Shown one piece after another: positions 44,348 to 48,611 of a stretch of 48,611 bases of DNA. The DNA is taken from positions 1 to 48,611 of the forward strand of contig CAZGIL010000002.1 of the NCBI GenBank assembly GCA_964526265.1. Direction: 5' to 3'. The notes under the pieces are model-generated. The model was not told the origin of the DNA. It ran no database searches and was given only the letters and a program-made list of their open reading frames with translations. Numbering within the stretch: the stretch's first letter is position 1; each line of letters begins with the position of its first letter. The position numbers and the translations under genes were made by a program. This stretch comes from Candidatus Woesearchaeota archaeon (lineage in GTDB: Archaea; Nanobdellota; Nanobdellia; Pacearchaeales; GW2011-AR1).

Positions 44348-45523
44348 ATGATTCTCTTTATGGTTGAAAAAGAGGAGGCACTAAAGTTTCATATTGATGC
44401 GAAAGGTAAAATAGAGGTTAAAAGTAAGGTTCCTCTTTCAAAAGAGACTCTTTCTTTAGCCTATACTCCTGGAGTTGCTTTTCCGTGTTTGGAGATTGCG
44501 GAGGATAAGTCCAGAGTTTACGAGTATACCAGTAAGTGGAATATGGTTGCGGTTGTTTCGGATGGAAGCGCTGTTTTGGGGTTGGGAAATATAGGAGCAG
44601 AGGCAAGTCTTCCGGTAATGGAAGGCAAAGCGATTTTATTCAAGGAGTTTGGGGGAATTGACGCTTTTCCAATCTGTCTAAAAACACAGGAAGTTGAGGA
44701 AATTGTGAATATTGTTAAGAATCTTGAGCCTGTTTTTGGAGGAATTAATTTAGAAGATATTTCTGCTCCGAGATGTTTTGAGGTTGAAGAGAGGTTAAAA
44801 AAGGAGATGAATATTCCCATTTTTCACGATGATCAGCACGGAACTGCAATAGTTGTTTTAGCGGGTTTAATCAATGCACTAAAAGTTGTTGGAAAGAAAA
44901 AGGAAGAGGTCAAGATTGTTATAAATGGTTCTGGGGCTGCGGGAATCGCGGTATGTAAACTTTTATTGAGTTATGGGTTTGAGAATATAATTTTATGTGA
45001 TAGCAGGGGGGCAATTTATTCTGGGAGAGGAGATTTGAATAAATACAAAGAAGAATTGGCTTTGGTTATAAATAAGGGTAAAATTAGTGGGGGGTTAAAA
45101 GAGTGTATGATTGATTCTGATGTGTTTATTGGGGTTTCTAAGGCTGGACTTGTTAACGAGGAAATGGTTAAATCAATGAATAAAGATGCAATTCTCTTTG
45201 CAATGGCTAATCCAAATCCAGAAATCATGCCGGATTTGGCTAAGAGTGCGGGAGCGAGAGTTGTTGCAACCGGAAGAAGTGATTTTCCAAATCAGGTTAA
45301 TAATGTGTTGGCTTTTCCAGGAGTTTTTAGAGGAACTTTAGATGCTAAAGCTAAGGAAATTAATGAAGAGATGAAACTGGCTGCTGCTTTAGCAATTGCG
45401 GGGTGTGTTAGTTCTCCAAATGAAGATAAAATAATCCCCGGAGCGTTTGATAAGGGAGTTTTTGAATCTGTGAGTAAGGCAGTTTATGATAAGGCAAAAG
45501 AGATGGGAATTTGTAGAGAATAA
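44348..45523 (+). CDS. NAD(P)-dependent malic enzyme
   Basis: LAYTPGVA, VVSDGSAVLGLGNIG, FHDDQHGTA, ANPNPEI motifs of the short prokaryotic malic enzymes. Probable start at 44360. Confidence 0.85.
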   Translation: MILFMVEKEEALKFHIDAKGKIEVKSKVPLSKETLSLAYTPGVAFPCLEIAEDKSRVYEYTSKWNMVAVVSDGSAVLGLGNIGAEASLPVMEGKAILFKEFGGIDAFPICLKTQEVEEIVNIVKNLEPVFGGINLEDISAPRCFEVEERLKKEMNIPIFHDDQHGTAIVVLAGLINALKVVGKKKEEVKIVINGSGAAGIAVCKLLLSYGFENIILCDSRGAIYSGRGDLNKYKEELALVINKGKISGGLKECMIDSDVFIGVSKAGLVNEEMVKSMNKDAILFAMANPNPEIMPDLAKSAGARVVATGRSDFPNQVNNVLAFPGVFRGTLDAKAKEINEEMKLAAALAIAGCVSSPNEDKIIPGAFDKGVFESVSKAVYDKAKEMGICRE

Positions 45524-45526
45524 AAA

Positions 45527-45967
45527 TTACAAATTTTTTGTCATCCAGGTTGGCATCCCAAGAGTTAATCCTAATGCTCTAAGTTCGTGTTTTTCTCTTT
45601 TGTATTTTTGAGAAAAGAATTCCATCTTAAGTTTCTTTTTTGAGGCAAGTTTAATATTTTGTTTAACTCTGGCTAAAATTTCTTTTTTATCTTTAGATTC
45701 TATTATTTCATCGAGATAAATTCCAATTGCAACGCTCTTCTTTTTTGCAAGTTCTGCAAGAACTTGATTAAATCCAGAATCACGCTGTTTCATTCTGTCT
45801 TTTTTGCCAGAAACTTTCAGAAGAAGGACATTAATTTTTTCGTTTTCTAGAACTTTTCTGTCAAGTTCATCATTTTCTCCTGAGAAGATAACCTTTTTTC
45901 CTTTGTTTTTTTGAATTGCGTTTCTTGCCTTCTCAAAAGTTTTTTCTTCGATAAGAATTTCTTCCAT
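45527..45967 (-). CDS. Hypothetical protein, weak resemblance to RNase P subunit Rpp30
   Basis: 146 aa. The NQVLAELAKKKSVAIGIYLDEII ... ELRALGLTLGM pattern is loosely Rpp30-like, but the protein is much shorter than typical. Confidence 0.25.
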   Translation of the reverse strand: MEEILIEEKTFEKARNAIQKNKGKKVIFSGENDELDRKVLENEKINVLLLKVSGKKDRMKQRDSGFNQVLAELAKKKSVAIGIYLDEIIESKDKKEILARVKQNIKLASKKKLKMEFFSQKYKREKHELRALGLTLGMPTWMTKNL

Positions 45968-46657
45968 TTATCCTCGTATTATCGTTCCCTTATATTTTTT
46001 TCCCCTTAGAAGATTGTCTAATTGTTTTGTTTCTTTTCCAATAATATATGTTATTATCTTTTCTTTTTTTATTATCTTTGAGGCTTTCTGGTCAAGAACA
46101 AAGTGCTGTCCTGGAGAGAATTTCATCTTGTTAGCCATTTTATCAAAAGCCTCCCAACTTATTTTAGGAATGTGTTTAGCATCTTTGTGGGTTAAGGGAT
46201 TTTTGTTGTGTAATCCTGGAACATTTGTAATGTTTATGAACTTAGCATTAAATTCTTCTGCTATTTGTGCTGCCGTGGAATCTGAGGTTTGGTTTGGGTG
46301 GTATTCCAAAGCCCCGCAGAAAACAATGTCCTTTTCCTTTAGATATTTGTGAAGAGTTTCCATTGTGCTTGGAATTCCGTATTCTTGGTCTGAGTCAAAG
46401 AAATAACTCATGAAACGGGCATTCATCCTTGTTGCTGAGATTCCGGCAAAACTCTGAAGAACTTCGTTCTTTCCCGTCTCTCTTAAGGCGTGAATATACT
46501 TTCTTGCGATGCTTCCTCCTCCACACACCACTATGAATTTGTACTTTTTTATGTGCTTTAGGATAACTTTTTTGAATTTTTCAAGATAAGATAGATTAAT
46601 CTCTTCAGGAATTATTAGACTTCCTCCTAGACTCAAAACGATTACCTCTCTTTTCAT
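45968..46657 (-). CDS. pyrH: UMP kinase (archaeal type, amino-acid kinase fold)
   Basis: VLSLGGSLI and FIVVCGGGSIAR motifs. 229 aa. Confidence 0.8.
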   Translation of the reverse strand: MKREVIVLSLGGSLIIPEEINLSYLEKFKKVILKHIKKYKFIVVCGGGSIARKYIHALRETGKNEVLQSFAGISATRMNARFMSYFFDSDQEYGIPSTMETLHKYLKEKDIVFCGALEYHPNQTSDSTAAQIAEEFNAKFINITNVPGLHNKNPLTHKDAKHIPKISWEAFDKMANKMKFSPGQHFVLDQKASKIIKKEKIITYIIGKETKQLDNLLRGKKYKGTIIRG

Positions 46658-46689
46658 TAAACTATTAAATAAAAATTAGTTTTTATATC

Positions 46690-46980
46690 TTACTTTATTG
46701 TAAAAAGTCGGTTGTCTTTTACATTGAAAATATCTAGCCTTACTCCAGAATCCAACCAACCATGTGCGTAGTTTAAAGCTGCAAATGCGTTTACATAATG
46801 TTCTTTACTCTCAAAGTGCTTCGCGTCCGACAGGTAATTCGAAACCATCTCAATTATTTCTTTTGCCTGTTTTTCCTTGCCTTTTATTATAGATTTCTTT
46901 GCTATTGCAAGTGCCTTTGAAGTTATTTCCTTGTATTTTTCAAGTCTTTTTGCACATATTAAATTTATTTTTTTGTTCAT
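46690..46980 (-). CDS. DUF357-like small protein
   Basis: 96 aa. ALNYAHGWLDSGVRL resembles the conserved DUF357 motif. Confidence 0.45.
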   Translation of the reverse strand: MNKKINLICAKRLEKYKEITSKALAIAKKSIIKGKEKQAKEIIEMVSNYLSDAKHFESKEHYVNAFAALNYAHGWLDSGVRLDIFNVKDNRLFTIK

Positions 46981-47103
46981 ATGGGTGAGTGTGATTATTA
47001 ACTTATAAATTTATTGAAATTTCTCCTGGATTATAATTTCACTATATTTTTAAAGAGTAAAATGCTTCTTTCTTAAGTTTTGCTTGTAGTGAAACTTTTA
47101 AAA

Positions 47104-48611
47104 GATGGTGTATAAGAAATATATAAAGAAAAATGGAAAGATTTTTGAGCCATATTACTGTCATAGTTATAGAGATAAGGAAGGAAAAGTAAAAACACGG
47201 ATGGTTTCACTACATAAATCGTACGAGTCTGTTCCTAAAAAACCTTTTATAAAACTTAATATGGTTCGTCCAGTAACTTTCTTGCTTATTTTTGGAATTT
47301 TTTTGGCTGTTTTATCTCTTATCCTTGTTATTGGCTATACTCAACCGAAAATTTCTGGTAATTCTATTTTAAATTCAGGACAAGGAAGTGGGAATATTTT
47401 CATGAATTTTGCTTCGATTGTTTATCGGACTGTTACCGCTTTTGTTGCTTCTGATGATTCTCCTCTTGAAGAGGGACGGAGTCAGGAAGGAGCCTTGGAC
47501 GAAGAAACTTTGGTACAGGAAGTTGATGTGCCTGAAGAAACCCTCCTCTCAGAAGAAATAACTGTTTCGGATAATGCGACAGAGGAGATTGTCGAAAAAG
47601 TAAATGAAACTTCAACTTTGGAGGAAAATGAAACAGAAGAATCTGTTGATAATGAAACTACTTTTAATGAAACCTCTGTTAATGATACTGATTTGGATGA
47701 TGAAGGTTCTTTGGGAGGGAGTACTCTTAATGAGACGATTCCATCAAATGAAACTACAACAAACGAAACAGAAGAGGTAATTAATGAAACTCTTGTTGTT
47801 AATAATACAAATGTCACAACCCAAACTAGCGTTAAACAATACGGGGCGGTTTTAGGAAAGCCTGTTAAATGGGAAAAGAGGGTAAAAGTTGAAACTTCAG
47901 AAGGTATCAATAATCTTTCTATTGAATTGCCCTCTCTTGCCGGAAATGTTTCTGTTAAGAAACTCGATGCTTCTTCTGGAAGCGAGGAGAGTTTAGATGT
48001 CAATATAAAAAATGAAAAGAAAATACAGGAAGTTGCTCCTATAGAAGTTGTTTCAGGGGGGCTTGTCAATTCTTTTTTAGGTATTTTTAAGAATATTTTT
48101 TCCCTAACCGGAAGAATAGTTGATTTAATTTCAGGAGATAATACTGTTACGATTGAGATTAGTGAGCAGATTGAGAATCATGATGAGGTTGTTGTTGAGT
48201 ATTATACGGATGCTCCTTATTCGGAAGAAAGGGTAATAAATGACACAAACAAAGAAATTAAAATTATTGGTCCGGAGGAGGTTCACTACGAGGATGTATT
48301 AGCATATAGTAATTTGGAGAGGGAGGTTAATTCCGCGGGGGAGATTAATCTTTATTGGGTTGTAGAGGGGTTAAGGGAACAAGTTGATTTTGATGCCTAC
48401 GATTTGGATGAAGATGGAAAAATGGATTATATTGAGTGGGTTGTTCCTTCTCTAAGCGAGCAAACTTACGAGTTGGTTATAATAAATATCACAAAAGCCG
48501 AGCATTTAGATTCTAGCAGGAATTTTATAGCAGATGTTTATGATTTGGTTAAGGAGCAGGATGGAATCTGGTTTGATAATATTTCTGACGGGGAATATTT
48601 GAGAGTTACAT
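47104..48611 (+). CDS. Large membrane-anchored, acidic, NxS/T-rich surface protein (partial, open at the right edge)
   Basis: Hand-translated with no stop from the ATG at 47104 to the window end (502 codons). One TM helix (VTFLLIFGIFLAVLSLILVI), then repeated NET/NxT sequons. Absent from the ORF track, presumably because no stop codon lies in the window. Confidence 0.6.

Noticed and set aside
47482-48069. 195-aa minus-strand ORF
   Set aside because: It is a low-complexity S/T/V-rich antisense shadow of the much longer + strand ORF starting at 47104.
1-48611. CRISPR arrays, rRNA genes, IS-type transposases
   Set aside because: Reading the intergenic regions turned up no regularly spaced short repeats, no rRNA-like conserved segments and no DDE-transposase-like ORFs.

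Overview
AT-rich archaeal window. The gene content looks DPANN-like: compact genes, FEN-1, RFC large and small subunits, archaeal PheRS alpha/beta, an L41e-like micro-ORF and an intron-containing tRNA. That lineage call is inference. Two housekeeping blocks (1..10580 and 38641..48611) flank a ~28 kb accessory island (10581..38640) sitting at the 3' end of an intron-containing tRNA-Glu(CUC). The 12-nt tRNA 3'-end string cggcgggggcat occurs four times in direct orientation (10570, 33149, 37502, 38628). This suggests three tandemly accreted integrated elements. Element A (10581..33160) carries a tyrosine integrase, an orphan DNA methyltransferase and a VirB2/VirB6/VirB4-like conjugation or DNA-transfer (Ced/T4SS-like) cluster. 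Its VirB4 has a C-terminal nuclease-like extension. Element A also carries an AbiE-like pair, RHH regulators, a KaiC-like ATPase, large surface glycoprotein-like genes and a complete diversity-generating retroelement (DGR). The DGR consists of an FGE/C-type-lectin-fold target with a C-terminal VR, Avd, TR and RT. VR and TR differ at 14 positions, and all 14 are TR adenines. Element B (33161..37513) has a TrmB regulator, an unusual RibA-RibD(deaminase) fusion with a LOG-like gene, and a Fic protein. Element C (37514..38640) is a remnant with a RelE/ParE-type toxin-antitoxin pair. No CRISPR array or rRNA was seen. All domain calls come from motif recognition by eye, not from database searches.
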